Of a stretch of DNA of 64,000 nucleotides, positions 27,808 through 37,189 are shown piece after piece. A program made the translations under genes and the position numbers. The stretch lies in IMG/VR virus record IMGVR_UViG_3300045960_000114, positions 96,001 to 160,000 of that record; one strand, 5' to 3'. The notes under the pieces were generated by a model. That model was given only the letters and a program-made list of their open reading frames with translations, had not been told where the DNA came from and searched no databases. Origin of the DNA: a virus. Position 1 is the first letter of the stretch. Each line of letters begins with the position of its first letter.

Positions 27808-28576
27808 ACCCAAAACTGTAGCGGTGGTGGGTTGCGGGGGGATCGGCTCATGGCTGATCCCTCCGCTCGTACGATACTTGGCGTCGGAGGACTACGACGG
27901 GGAGATAATCCTCTTCGACGGCGACAAGTACGAGGAAGGGAACGTTTGCAGGCAGGCGTTCCCCATGCGCTGTATGGGCATGAACAAGGCGGAAGCCATG
28001 CGTGACCGCATCCTCGATGACCTGCCACACGTGCTGGTTACGGCTAACAGCCAGTACATCAGCAAGGAGACGGCTGGGATGGCCATGCGCGAGCATGGCG
28101 TGTGCTTCGCCTGCGTGGACAACCACCCGGCGCGTGCACATCTGGCCCGGCAGTGTGAGTCATTGAAGAACGGACTGTTGATCTCTCCAGCAAACGAGAA
28201 GTATGACGGCAACGTCTGCGCGTACCTGAGAGAGAATGGGAAGGAGTCCACAGAGCACCTCCTCAACCGTCACCCGGAAATTGCGGCGAAGACCGAGGGT
28301 GACCGTGGAGCGGGCTGTGAGGCTCTTACTGCGGCAGGCGAGACGCAGCTGATGTTGGCCAATCTGTATGCGGCTACGACTGCGATGGGTGTGTTCTGGA
28401 ACCTGTACAACCAGGGCATGCGCATGGAGAAGGGTACTAAGCTGACTGAGAAAGCGCAGGAAACCTTCTTCGACATCCGTACGTTGCAGGCGAATACCGT
28501 GTTCGCACCGAAAGGAGGCGTACATGCAGCTAGCCCCGATATGCCTGTCGTCGCTATTCCTGCTGGATCCGCATAG
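27800..28576 (+). CDS. ThiF/E1-like adenylyltransferase
   Basis: VVGCGGIGS, LFDGDKYEEGNVCRQ, NKAEAM, CVDNHPAR and a candidate catalytic GCEAL. Confidence 0.9.
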   Translation: MFEPKTVAVVGCGGIGSWLIPPLVRYLASEDYDGEIILFDGDKYEEGNVCRQAFPMRCMGMNKAEAMRDRILDDLPHVLVTANSQYISKETAGMAMREHGVCFACVDNHPARAHLARQCESLKNGLLISPANEKYDGNVCAYLRENGKESTEHLLNRHPEIAAKTEGDRGAGCEALTAAGETQLMLANLYAATTAMGVFWNLYNQGMRMEKGTKLTEKAQETFFDIRTLQANTVFAPKGGVHAASPDMPVVAIPAGSA

Positions 28577-29378
28577 CCTGCATGAAAGCAAAGAAGTGAG
28601 TCGGGACCTGACGTTGACTGTGGCGGATGCAACGGACGACTACAACACGGACGAAGGCGATGGCGCCTGGATACCAGAGTACCTACGCTGGATTCAGAAC
28701 ATGTGGTTCTCACTGACCCAGGAGGAGATCCACTGGCCGGATTACCACCGGTTCGACGACGATTCATTCCGTGAGACGCTGCGGACCGTATACCACAGAA
28801 ACATGTTCGTGGAGTTCACGAACAGGTTCTACACGGAGTGGCGGGACAACCATATACACATCCCGTCCATGTATGACGTGGACTCCAGCGTACAGGATCG
28901 GGTGTGTTCCGAGTGCGAAAACGACGACGTCTGGGAGGAGGAGTATGACATGACCCAGGCGCCAATCAATCCTGATGAGTGGACGGGGTGGGAAGTTAGT
29001 CCTCCGCGCTGTTCCGCAGCCGTTCTGTTTGCGGTTGGTGAGCGTAATGCATCACTTCGTCAGCACATGGAGAACGCGTGGCAGCAATGGCTCGCCACAC
29101 GAGAGTCGATTGGGCGCCACAATATCTGCGATGAACGATGCGATTTGTTCTACGATAACCAAGCCGATCGCATGAGGCGAATGATCGACTTCAACATCCA
29201 CTGGTTGGACGCGAAGTGGCAAGCCTTTATAGGCACCACTATCCAGATCCCACCGATACCGAAGCCGATCAACGTGCTTCCTTTCCCTGAGCTGCAGATC
29301 GACCCGGCACCAGCCGTGACGATCAGGCCGCTTAGCGAGATCGCAAAGGAAGCACGAAGACTTAGACGTGGCTGGTAA
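28524..29378 (+). CDS. Acidic, Trp-rich hypothetical protein after E1
   Basis: AAAGGAGG RBS. Overlaps the 3' end of E1. Confidence 0.7.
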   Translation: MQLAPICLSSLFLLDPHSLHESKEVSRDLTLTVADATDDYNTDEGDGAWIPEYLRWIQNMWFSLTQEEIHWPDYHRFDDDSFRETLRTVYHRNMFVEFTNRFYTEWRDNHIHIPSMYDVDSSVQDRVCSECENDDVWEEEYDMTQAPINPDEWTGWEVSPPRCSAAVLFAVGERNASLRQHMENAWQQWLATRESIGRHNICDERCDLFYDNQADRMRRMIDFNIHWLDAKWQAFIGTTIQIPPIPKPINVLPFPELQIDPAPAVTIRPLSEIAKEARRLRRGW

Positions 29379-29382
29379 ACCT

Positions 29383-29413
29383 TGCGGGGCCGGGCGTGTA
29401 ACCCGGCCCCGCA
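29383..29413 (+). other. Perfect 12-bp GC hairpin closing the Ubl gene cluster
   Basis: TGCGGGGCCGGG-CGTGTAA-CCCGGCCCCGCA. Confidence 0.65.
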
Positions 29414-29444
29414 CTTGAACCTTTGCCTGCGTAAGGAGACGATT

Positions 29445-29717
29445 GTGGCCATCAAGGTAAAGATGCTGTTCCTGGACCCCCACTGTGTTGATGTCGCAAT
29501 CAAATCGGCTGAGTCGGATGGTGTGGGTATGGACTGGGCGCACCGTCACATCAACGAATGCAAATGCTGCAGCGAGTACGACAAGCTGGTACGCGCGAAT
29601 ATGAAGGATGTGGCTGACGACCATGAGTCCGGGAATCTGGTACGGATGTGCTCAGCAAACACGATGTCCGTCCGCATCCCCAAGGGGATCAAGCACGTGC
29701 ACTTCGAGGCGCCTTAG
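29445..29717 (+). CDS. Small Cys/His-rich protein
   Basis: AAGGAG RBS and GTG start. HINECKCC. Confidence 0.6.
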   Translation: MAIKVKMLFLDPHCVDVAIKSAESDGVGMDWAHRHINECKCCSEYDKLVRANMKDVADDHESGNLVRMCSANTMSVRIPKGIKHVHFEAP

Positions 29718-29899
29718 TCCCCGGCGATCTTCTTCAGGTGTTCATTCAGTTCCTGGAGTTGCTGATTGGTGCCGTGCAGTTCCTGCTGAATGCATGCTGC
29801 TCGCCGGTCGAAGATGACAATGCAGGTGGCAACCAGGCTGGCGATTACCAGTACCGTGATCAGGAATTCACGCTTGGTCATGTCACACCTCCCAACCAA
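29714..29899 (-). CDS. Small single-TM protein
   Basis: GGGAGG RBS on the minus strand. MTKREFLITVLVIASLVATCIVIF. Confidence 0.6.
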   Translation of the reverse strand: MVGRCDMTKREFLITVLVIASLVATCIVIFDRRAACIQQELHGTNQQLQELNEHLKKIAGD

Positions 29900-29916
29900 A
29901 GGATAAAGGAGAACCG

Positions 29917-30510
29917 ATGTTAAGGCAAGATGTGCCGCTACTTACGTTGTGGCGACATGGCGGGCAGGACGTGCCGTATCTGGCTCTGGACGTGGAAACG
30001 TTGAAGGTAGTCAACCGGTCGCCGCTCTTCAGGTCGTGGGATCCAGGTTGGCAGATGCCGTGTATTGATGCTAGTGGAGAGGGAGTGGACGGGCTCTGGC
30101 GGCTGAACCAGACAGACCCCGAGAACTCAAACGTCGAATTGATGCGGCCTGATGACCTCGATGAAACACAGCGCCGGAACGTTGAAAGATTGGCACGCAT
30201 TTTAAGGCTACTTGGACTGAAGTTTGAAAGCCTCTACGCAGACCTGACTTGTGGTCGTCAGCATCTCGTAAAAGAACAGCAGGATTTGAGCGAGCTTTTT
30301 CAGGTAGGATTATGGATCATGTTTGAATCTATTGACAGGATGGAAGGGCTGGGCTTTCCGCCTTCGGATAACCCGGAGGTATTGTCTGACATAAAGATCC
30401 GCTTAAGCGCACTGGTAAAATCAGTCCCGGAACAGCACGTGAAAGCGAGCTTTTTTAACAGGCTTTTGAGACATGGTTTTCGTACCCTCCGCGATCCCGA
30501 AAAGAAGTAG
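29917..30510 (+). CDS. Hypothetical protein
   Basis: AAAGGAG RBS. Confidence 0.7.
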   Translation: MLRQDVPLLTLWRHGGQDVPYLALDVETLKVVNRSPLFRSWDPGWQMPCIDASGEGVDGLWRLNQTDPENSNVELMRPDDLDETQRRNVERLARILRLLGLKFESLYADLTCGRQHLVKEQQDLSELFQVGLWIMFESIDRMEGLGFPPSDNPEVLSDIKIRLSALVKSVPEQHVKASFFNRLLRHGFRTLRDPEKK

Positions 30511-30543
30511 GGTCTCTCCGGTCGACATCTGGGCTGTTGGCGG

Positions 30544-31038
30544 GTGTCCGCCGAAGCTACCCTCAAAAAACCGATGTGGGCGATGCACGTAGTGCAGGAG
30601 CAGACTATGAGTGACCGATGTTACATCAGGGTTTGGTGTGCCAGGTGTGACGTTAACCTCTTTGAACCCATAGGGTTACTTGAGGATGGCGGGGATGAAG
30701 CAGTCGCTGAGTTGGTCAATGCGGAGTGCAACTACGCGGCTGGGATGGGTTCTGGTGATGAGGAAGTAAACGGCTGGCCACTACGTGTTCCGTTCTTCGG
30801 CTGGCACTCAGGCGGCGGTGAATACGGTGCTTTGCAGTTCGTGTGCCTGGGTGATCGTAGGGTGATTACCGTGGCGGACTACAAGGACCAGGTCGTAGTG
30901 GCCTTCAATGGGGCTACGGGTCAGCCTGTCTTTAGTGATGTCGAAAACGCATGTGCGTTCTTTGCGGCCATGGCGGTCGTACGCAACCACCTGATGATGC
31001 GACAGACAGAGGTACCAGGCGGGGCCAGTAGAGCCTGA
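30544..31038 (+). CDS. Hypothetical protein (start uncertain)
   Basis: Track ORF containing CARC. Confidence 0.55.
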   Translation: MSAEATLKKPMWAMHVVQEQTMSDRCYIRVWCARCDVNLFEPIGLLEDGGDEAVAELVNAECNYAAGMGSGDEEVNGWPLRVPFFGWHSGGGEYGALQFVCLGDRRVITVADYKDQVVVAFNGATGQPVFSDVENACAFFAAMAVVRNHLMMRQTEVPGGASRA

Positions 31039-31100
31039 CTGGTGGGAAGGACATGTAGCCCGGGTCGAGGCGGCGATGGATCGGCTTGGCTTGAGAAAGG

Positions 31101-31352
31101 ATGTGGTGGATGGAGAAGCGGGAACTGGTGCTGGGCAGCCTGGTAACGGGCCGCCCAGCAATCCTGTACTTACCGTACGAGATCACGGTAGACGAGGTTA
31201 CGAAGCTGGAAAATTTTGTTGCGCATATCCGCTACGAAGCGGAGCAACGGGCGAAGGAGAAGTTGGATAACCTGAAGGCTGCACGGGGGAGTGCGGCCAA
31301 GGAAGAGACCAGACGGGTTGAACCCATACGGGTGGCGCCGTCACTGAAATAG
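31101..31352 (+). CDS. Small hypothetical protein
   Basis: GAAAGG RBS. Confidence 0.6.
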   Translation: MWWMEKRELVLGSLVTGRPAILYLPYEITVDEVTKLENFVAHIRYEAEQRAKEKLDNLKAARGSAAKEETRRVEPIRVAPSLK

Positions 31353-31362
31353 GAGGCAGTCG

Positions 31363-32250
31363 ATGCCGAATCTCGAGTCGTTCCCGCTCGGCTATCTGCT
31401 CAAGGGTGACGAGGGGGGTGATATCCTGATCAAGGCTTCAGTGAGGATGCTGGGCGAGCTGGCACGTGGTGGGGTGATCGACCACAGCGTGGTGGATGAG
31501 CCCATGCTGATCAGGTGCATTCGGTTGGAGGAGGGCGGGCGTATCATGCATGTATTTCGGTCTGGTACGTACCGCGTGCACCTGGCGGAGAGAGAACTGG
31601 ATCTGACTTGTGAACAGGACGAGGCGTGGTGCCGATTGGTGGAATTCACCTGTCTGCATGGGATGGCGGGCGAACTGCTGGTCTGTGACAGTGGCGGAAT
31701 GGTGCCTGTGCGTACGAAGCTGGCCAGTGGCGAGAAGATCTGTGCCGCGGGTCCGTATTCGTCTTCACTGGTCAAGCAACGCCCGGAGCCGAAGCAGGAT
31801 GTGGTCAATGAGGCGGTTCGCAGCGCTGCGAAGACGGCGTCCTTCGCGAATAACGAACGCAGGGTCAAGCTACGCCCGAAGTTGAAGAACCCGTTGGATG
31901 AGACGCCGGCATCGTCGCCGAGAGACATTGATGCCGAGTGGGCACATTGGCTGCGGCATGGTGCGCAGGAACTGGAGGCGAAGCGGGTGAAGGAGATGCT
32001 TGCGCGCCGGTATGCCGCGTTGCCTGAGAATGCGGTGACGAAGGCGGACGCGGACAGGATCAGGGATCAGGTGAAGCTGCAGGGCGAACTACATTACCAG
32101 CTGGATTTGATCCGTGCGGCAGTCGAGTACCTGGAAGACAGGCTGGAGAACGCCAAGCAGCTGGGTATCCGCAAGGAGCTTACGGACAAGAGCGAGCGGA
32201 TCATCAAGTTCATCCGCGATGACGATAGGGGGCGCCAGACAAAAGCGTAG
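31363..32250 (+). CDS. Hypothetical protein with C-terminal coiled coil
   Basis: AGGAGG RBS, 295 aa. Confidence 0.75.
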   Translation: MPNLESFPLGYLLKGDEGGDILIKASVRMLGELARGGVIDHSVVDEPMLIRCIRLEEGGRIMHVFRSGTYRVHLAERELDLTCEQDEAWCRLVEFTCLHGMAGELLVCDSGGMVPVRTKLASGEKICAAGPYSSSLVKQRPEPKQDVVNEAVRSAAKTASFANNERRVKLRPKLKNPLDETPASSPRDIDAEWAHWLRHGAQELEAKRVKEMLARRYAALPENAVTKADADRIRDQVKLQGELHYQLDLIRAAVEYLEDRLENAKQLGIRKELTDKSERIIKFIRDDDRGRQTKA

Positions 32251-32360
32251 GCGGTCGCACGTCTACGGTGAGGCATCGTAGTCCTCGATACTGGCTGACA
32301 TGCCTGTGCTTGTCGGTTAGGCTTATGGGGGAAGGAGGGGGGTGTCTATGGAGGTGGAGA

Positions 32361-32507
32361 ATGAGAGCTCGGTTTGCGGAGTTCACCTTCTGGTTCATCA
32401 GGAGTCCGTTCTTGTGGTACGTTGTCTTTGGGTTGATTGTCGTTGCGATGGCAACGGTCATTACGGGTTGTCGACCGAACCCTGAAGACATCCCGATTTT
32501 CAGGTAG
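32361..32507 (+). CDS. Small membrane protein or lipoprotein-like peptide
   Basis: GGAGG RBS. Hydrophobic run ending ITGC. Confidence 0.45.
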   Translation: MRARFAEFTFWFIRSPFLWYVVFGLIVVAMATVITGCRPNPEDIPIFR

Positions 32508-32546
32508 CCAAGGGGGCGGGGCACACGGCCCCGCCCCTCCTACCTT

Positions 32547-32795
32547 ATGAGGGTGACCGGAATGACTGGAGCCGACTGGCGCAGGGTCAGCAAGTGTCCT
32601 AAGTGTCATGGCTCCAAGCTGTTTAGTGTGGTAGGTAATCACAAGGTAATCCTGCGTTGTCTCGACTGTGATCACCACGTGGTGGGTCGCAACAGCGCAC
32701 ATTGCCTGAAGCTCTGGGTGCACGATAAGCGCCCTAAGAGCGAACGCCGGGCATACACCGACCAGGTGCGTCGCCCGTTTCAACAATCTTTTTGA
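32547..32795 (+). CDS. Zinc-ribbon protein
   Basis: CPKCHG...CLDCDH. Confidence 0.6.
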   Translation: MRVTGMTGADWRRVSKCPKCHGSKLFSVVGNHKVILRCLDCDHHVVGRNSAHCLKLWVHDKRPKSERRAYTDQVRRPFQQSF

Positions 32796-33076
32796 GCACA
32801 CACGGGGAAGACATGGCGAATAGCGGCTGTTTGGAAGGCATGCGGTGCCCATCTTGTGGTTCGGGGGGGCCGTTTCGGATCGCTTCGTTGTGCTGGGCGA
32901 TCGTGCATGATGACGGGGTCAACGAGACATCCGAGCACGAGTGGGATCATTCCAGCAGTTGCCGCTGCATCAGCTGTGGGCATGCGAGCGATGTTGGCAA
33001 GTTCTCGCGCAAGCTGAAGACCAGAAAGGAACTGGCCCATGCAGATGGGGAATCGGCTGGAAAGGGCGCTGGATAA
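32792..33076 (+). CDS. Zinc-ribbon protein
   Basis: CPSCGS...CRCISCGH. Confidence 0.65.
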   Translation: MSTHGEDMANSGCLEGMRCPSCGSGGPFRIASLCWAIVHDDGVNETSEHEWDHSSSCRCISCGHASDVGKFSRKLKTRKELAHADGESAGKGAG

Positions 33077-33223
33077 GCTGGCGAGGATGTCGCACCCGTC
33101 TGTTGCCGGCTTGTTGAGCAAGTACAGTTTCGACTACGAGGCGGAAGTGGTGGACGAGGTAGTCGCGGCGTTTGAGGAGTGGCAGAAGGCTGCCAAATGC
33201 CCAGGAAGGGCAAAGGAGATGGA

Positions 33224-33376
33224 ATGCGGAAGTTCATCGTCGGAATCATTGTCGTCGGGGTGATGCTGTTGCCGGGTTGTTTCGGCGACCGTGGGCGTGT
33301 CGTTGAGATGGGGCGGATGTGGGAGCTGCAGTTGTCGCCTCAGGGACCGGATGACAGCTACGAGCCAGTGGGCTAG
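33224..33376 (+). CDS. Small putative lipoprotein
   Basis: AAAGGAG RBS. MRKFIVGIIVVGVMLLPG-C. Confidence 0.6.
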   Translation: MRKFIVGIIVVGVMLLPGCFGDRGRVVEMGRMWELQLSPQGPDDSYEPVG

Positions 33377-33402
33377 CGCGCTGGAGATAGGGAAGGAGGA
33401 GC

Positions 33403-33972
33403 ATGAGTCACAAGGTAAAGCCGGGGCAGGCATGTGTGATCAGAACCATTGAAGTCGCGTTCCCGGCTGGGACTTCTGAGGGTGACATCGACGACGAACT
33501 CAGCGTGATGCTCACGGATCACGGCACGCATAGTCCGAAGAGCAATGTGGCGGACTGGCGGTACATACACAACGACAGGAAGGTTGAAGCGCGGGCCACG
33601 TTTGAGCCTGTGGAGGGTGAGATCTTCACGGTTGCGCGGACGAATCTGCCCAAGCAGGGCGTGAAGATGACGTTGGGGCAGAAGGTCAAGGAGAGGACGA
33701 AGGACCAGGTGTCGGTGCTGATTGTGAACAGCGAGACTGGTTGGGACTATTACGGGCACGAACCGTCGGGTCTGTCGCTGACGGTGTGCGTCGTCGATTT
33801 TACGGCGATGGGGAAAATGGATATTTGGGATATCAACGACCTGATTCTCTCGCTGACTCGGTTGGCGCCGTCGGTTCTTCGTGATAGTGCTCTGATACGG
33901 TTGCGCAAGGAGTATCGAGCCGCTGTCGCGCGGGCCGCTGCTAATGCGCAGGTACCCGACGACAACATTTGA
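33403..33972 (+). CDS. Hypothetical protein
   Basis: AAGGAGG RBS. Confidence 0.75.
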   Translation: MSHKVKPGQACVIRTIEVAFPAGTSEGDIDDELSVMLTDHGTHSPKSNVADWRYIHNDRKVEARATFEPVEGEIFTVARTNLPKQGVKMTLGQKVKERTKDQVSVLIVNSETGWDYYGHEPSGLSLTVCVVDFTAMGKMDIWDINDLILSLTRLAPSVLRDSALIRLRKEYRAAVARAAANAQVPDDNI

Positions 33973-34452
33973 TATGCACCTTGTGTCCAAGGGCGAAAAA
34001 CCGACATAGAGGAGGGCCAATGGCGAAGCGTTGGCAGCGTGTTGTGTTTGCGGGCGAGTTGCCCAGCTGTCCAGACTGTGGGGAGCCATGGTGTCCCAGG
34101 CACGGAAAGCATTACTCGGACTGTAGTTGCATTGGTCCGCACGAAGACGGAGTCAGGTTCAAGGAACGAAAGGGCGTGCTTTACGCCCAGAGGCTCAGTC
34201 GTAGCCGTAACCGTATGTGAGGCGGAGTAGCGCACCAGCCCAGCGGTGCGAGGCAGTGCTGAGTAGGGATCCGCCCGTTCGGGTTGCTGACCGAACGACT
34301 CATAAACCCAAAATCGACCGCAGCGAGTGGACAGGAACTCCGCCTGGGCCGCCCGTGTTACTCATGGGGGGCAGTGTGTGTCTTAAAGTCGGGTCGTGTG
34401 CTCCTGACTGGCACACACTGCCCTTTAACCTTAGTTCAGTGGAGGACTTACA

Positions 34453-34896
34453 GTGTTTGAGATCGATGATTCGGACGAAGGCGTTGCGCGCCGGTGTCAT
34501 TTCGGGTTGGACGGCAAGACGAACGACGTGGTGCTCACGAAGCCGCTTCCCGACCTTCTGACGGATGAGGAGACGTTGCGGTTCTGCATCGCGAAGTGGG
34601 AAGTGATCGCGATGTTGGCTGACGAAGGCCACCGCATCGAGTCGGATGGTGCCCACAACACGTGCGCGCTGTGTCGGTTCTACTTCGACCCCAGCCGCAT
34701 GATATGCACGAACGCAGCTGGCAAGCGCTGTCCTGTGGCGATGGCTACAGGTGCTGATATGTGTCGGGACACGCCGTACCAGGCGTTCATTCGGGCGGAC
34801 AAGGGTGACGACTACGACCGGCAGGTGGCGGCTGAGCGGGAAGTGGCTTTCCTGCGCGGGCTGCTGGAAGTCGCGATCGAGAAAGAGAACTGCTAG
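34453..34896 (+). CDS. Cys-rich hypothetical protein
   Basis: GGAGG RBS. CALC...C...CPV...C. Confidence 0.65.
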   Translation: MFEIDDSDEGVARRCHFGLDGKTNDVVLTKPLPDLLTDEETLRFCIAKWEVIAMLADEGHRIESDGAHNTCALCRFYFDPSRMICTNAAGKRCPVAMATGADMCRDTPYQAFIRADKGDDYDRQVAAEREVAFLRGLLEVAIEKENC

Positions 34897-34924
34897 GAGC
34901 AGGCGCGAGCCTGTTCGGGCTGGG

Positions 34925-34967
34925 GGGCTGTGGGTATTTCAACCGTTATACCCACAGCCCTTTTTTT
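34925..34967 (+). terminator. Intrinsic terminator
   Basis: 13-bp perfect stem plus T7. Confidence 0.85.
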
Positions 34968-34982
34968 GCTTACAAGGAGAAC

Positions 34983-35573
34983 GTGATGATCACGCAGATG
35001 GTTGTTCTGAAGTGGCGGCACGCGCTGGATCATACGCCGCGCTTCACCGTGGTTGGACCGGGCACGACGCTGATGGTCAAGGACAAGGTCTTGTGGGTTA
35101 ACGACTCGCCGACATGCAATGGCTTCTCCACAGCTGACGAGGCGAATGCGTTCGCTTCCTCCTTGTTGAACAGCATCAACAAGTGTTCGGGCAGCAACGC
35201 CGTGTTTGACTTGGACAAGCTGTCGTATGTGACCACCTATGAGGCCAAGAACAACGAGTTGGATGCGCGGGTGGCGGAGTTGACACGTCGGGCGCTCGGA
35301 TATGACCAGTCGATTGCCGATCGTAAAGCGCGCCTGGAGCAGCTGGAGAAGCAGCACACTGAGATGTGGTTGAAGTTTTCTGATGCGGAGGGCAAGAACG
35401 CCGAGTTGAGCAAGAAGTTGGAGGAGTCGGAAATCCGTATCACAGCGAAGAGGCAGAGGATGCGTGAGTTGGACGACGAAGCGCAGATCATACAACAGCG
35501 GATCAAGGCAACAGAGACCTGGATCAAACGGAATCGGGTGACGCTGAAGCGCCTGAAAGGGAAGCGTAAGTGA
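34983..35573 (+). CDS. Coiled-coil protein
   Basis: AAGGAG RBS. Heptad-rich C-terminal half. Confidence 0.75.
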   Translation: MMITQMVVLKWRHALDHTPRFTVVGPGTTLMVKDKVLWVNDSPTCNGFSTADEANAFASSLLNSINKCSGSNAVFDLDKLSYVTTYEAKNNELDARVAELTRRALGYDQSIADRKARLEQLEKQHTEMWLKFSDAEGKNAELSKKLEESEIRITAKRQRMRELDDEAQIIQQRIKATETWIKRNRVTLKRLKGKRK

Positions 35574-36067
35574 AGTGTAAACTGTGCGAGACCAAGGAAG
35601 CCTACAAGGGCACGGAACTGTGCTACCCGTGCTCTGAGTTGCGCAATGCGATTGCCGCCGATCCGGGGCTGGCTGCGAAGATCCTGCGTAGCCTGTCCCC
35701 ACCGGTAGCGGACAAGGCCAAATCGGAAGGGTGGCATGGCGTCGACCTGGACGGGACGCTGGCGCACTACGACGGCTGGAAGGGCATTGATCACGTCGGC
35801 GAGCCGATTCCACGGATGGCGGAACGCGTGTGCCAGTGGCTGCTCCGCGACGAGCAGGTGCGCATCTTCACGGCGCGCGTCTGTCCCAATCAGGATGGGC
35901 GTGTGCTCGAGGTGGTGCGGTACTGGATCGACAAGTGGTGCCTGGAGCACTTTGGGCGGACGCTGCCGGTCACGAACGAGAAGGACTTCGGGATGATTGA
36001 CCTTTGGGATGATAGGTGTGTCCAGGTCATCCCCAACACAGGAATCAGAGCGGATGGAAAGGAGTAA
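35570..36067 (+). CDS. HAD-superfamily phosphatase-like protein
   Basis: GVDLDGTLA (DxDGT), IFTAR, TNEK, LWDD. Confidence 0.8.
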   Translation: MKCKLCETKEAYKGTELCYPCSELRNAIAADPGLAAKILRSLSPPVADKAKSEGWHGVDLDGTLAHYDGWKGIDHVGEPIPRMAERVCQWLLRDEQVRIFTARVCPNQDGRVLEVVRYWIDKWCLEHFGRTLPVTNEKDFGMIDLWDDRCVQVIPNTGIRADGKE

Positions 36068-36147
36068 CCATAATCAGTCGGACGGATCCGACAGACGAGA
36101 AGAAAGTGCTTGATCCGGAGTTCTCATTCAGGGAACAGGAGAGAAAC

Positions 36148-36438
36148 GTGCGTAACGCTTTTTGTGTCGGTACTTTGTTGGTGTTGTTGTCTTTGTCCGC
36201 ATGTAGCGCTGGTGGGCAAAGAGGAAACAGTCCTGCTTTCAAGGCGGGGTACATAGATGGTTTCAGTGTGGGTGAGTCAGCGCGGGGTACGTTGTTGATT
36301 TCGCGGGAGGCCAAGCAGCGCGTAGCGGAGCTCGATCTTTACCGCAATCTACGCATGTTGGGTGCCGAGTCGGAGCAGGTCCGGCAGGAGTACACTTCGG
36401 GATTCTGGGCTGGATATGCGGCTGGTGAGGGAGGGTAG
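36148..36438 (+). CDS. Putative lipoprotein
   Basis: AGGAG RBS. LLVLLSLSA-C lipobox. Confidence 0.6.
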   Translation: MRNAFCVGTLLVLLSLSACSAGGQRGNSPAFKAGYIDGFSVGESARGTLLISREAKQRVAELDLYRNLRMLGAESEQVRQEYTSGFWAGYAAGEGG

Positions 36439-36442
36439 GCTG

Positions 36443-36967
36443 ATGGAGGCGAATGTGAAACTGTCGCAGGCGCAGGTCGACAAGCGTAAGAAGCCTATCA
36501 TCAGGGCGAAGCTGACGCCCATGGGCAAGGCGCAGGTGAAGTTCCTGCAGGTGCGTGATGCCGGCATGAAGGCGACGGAGTGGACACCGTCGTGGCAGCT
36601 CAGGGGCCGGCTGCTCGACATTGGTGGTCGGTTCGTGATCCTGCCGGTATGTGAGCCTGATGCGGGGAAGATCATTGCCAGGGGTGAGCTGATCTATGGC
36701 AGGCCGATCATGAAGCGCGGCGAGCCCTGTCGCTGTCATGCGAATGCGGCGCATCTGTGGGATGAGCGCGCGGTCTTAAAGGGAGGGGACCTGGAGTTGA
36801 TGACCGGCTACGGACTGAGCCGGGATGGCATCTGGCGCCAGCACAGCTGGTGTTGGTGGCCGCGCAAGAAGAAGGTGGTGGAGACGACGGAAGCACGTAT
36901 CGCCTATTACGGATTCCGGCTGTCGGAGCCCGAGGCGGAGGTGTTCCTGGACAACAATTTTCTGTAG
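36443..36967 (+). CDS. Conserved-looking protein with Cys...His...Glu pattern
   Basis: RCHANAAHLW...RQHSWCW...VVETT. Confidence 0.7.
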   Translation: MEANVKLSQAQVDKRKKPIIRAKLTPMGKAQVKFLQVRDAGMKATEWTPSWQLRGRLLDIGGRFVILPVCEPDAGKIIARGELIYGRPIMKRGEPCRCHANAAHLWDERAVLKGGDLELMTGYGLSRDGIWRQHSWCWWPRKKKVVETTEARIAYYGFRLSEPEAEVFLDNNFL

Positions 36968-36976
36968 GAGGATGAG

Positions 36977-37189
36977 ATGGGTTGCCCGAAGAAAGTCTAC
37001 ATCATCGTGACTGATGACAACCATGAGTTGCAGCATGACGTTACCTACACCACGCTGGAGGAGGCGAAGGCTGCCATCATGGAGTGTGTCGAGAACGGTG
37101 AGTACGAGATCAACGACGTTGAGATTTGGGCTGCTACGCCTTGTCTCAAACCGAAGAAGCTCGAGACGGTCTGGGAGGAGATAACATGA
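36977..37189 (+). CDS. Small acidic protein
   Basis: AGGAGG RBS. Confidence 0.7.
   Translation: MGCPKKVYIIVTDDNHELQHDVTYTTLEEAKAAIMECVENGEYEINDVEIWAATPCLKPKKLETVWEEIT

Noticed and set aside
24435-28576. Thiamine/molybdopterin sulfur-relay (ThiS-ThiF) interpretation
   Set aside because: An E2-like gene is present, and there are no thiG, moaE, rhodanese or cysteine-synthase genes nearby. It cannot be fully excluded without assay.
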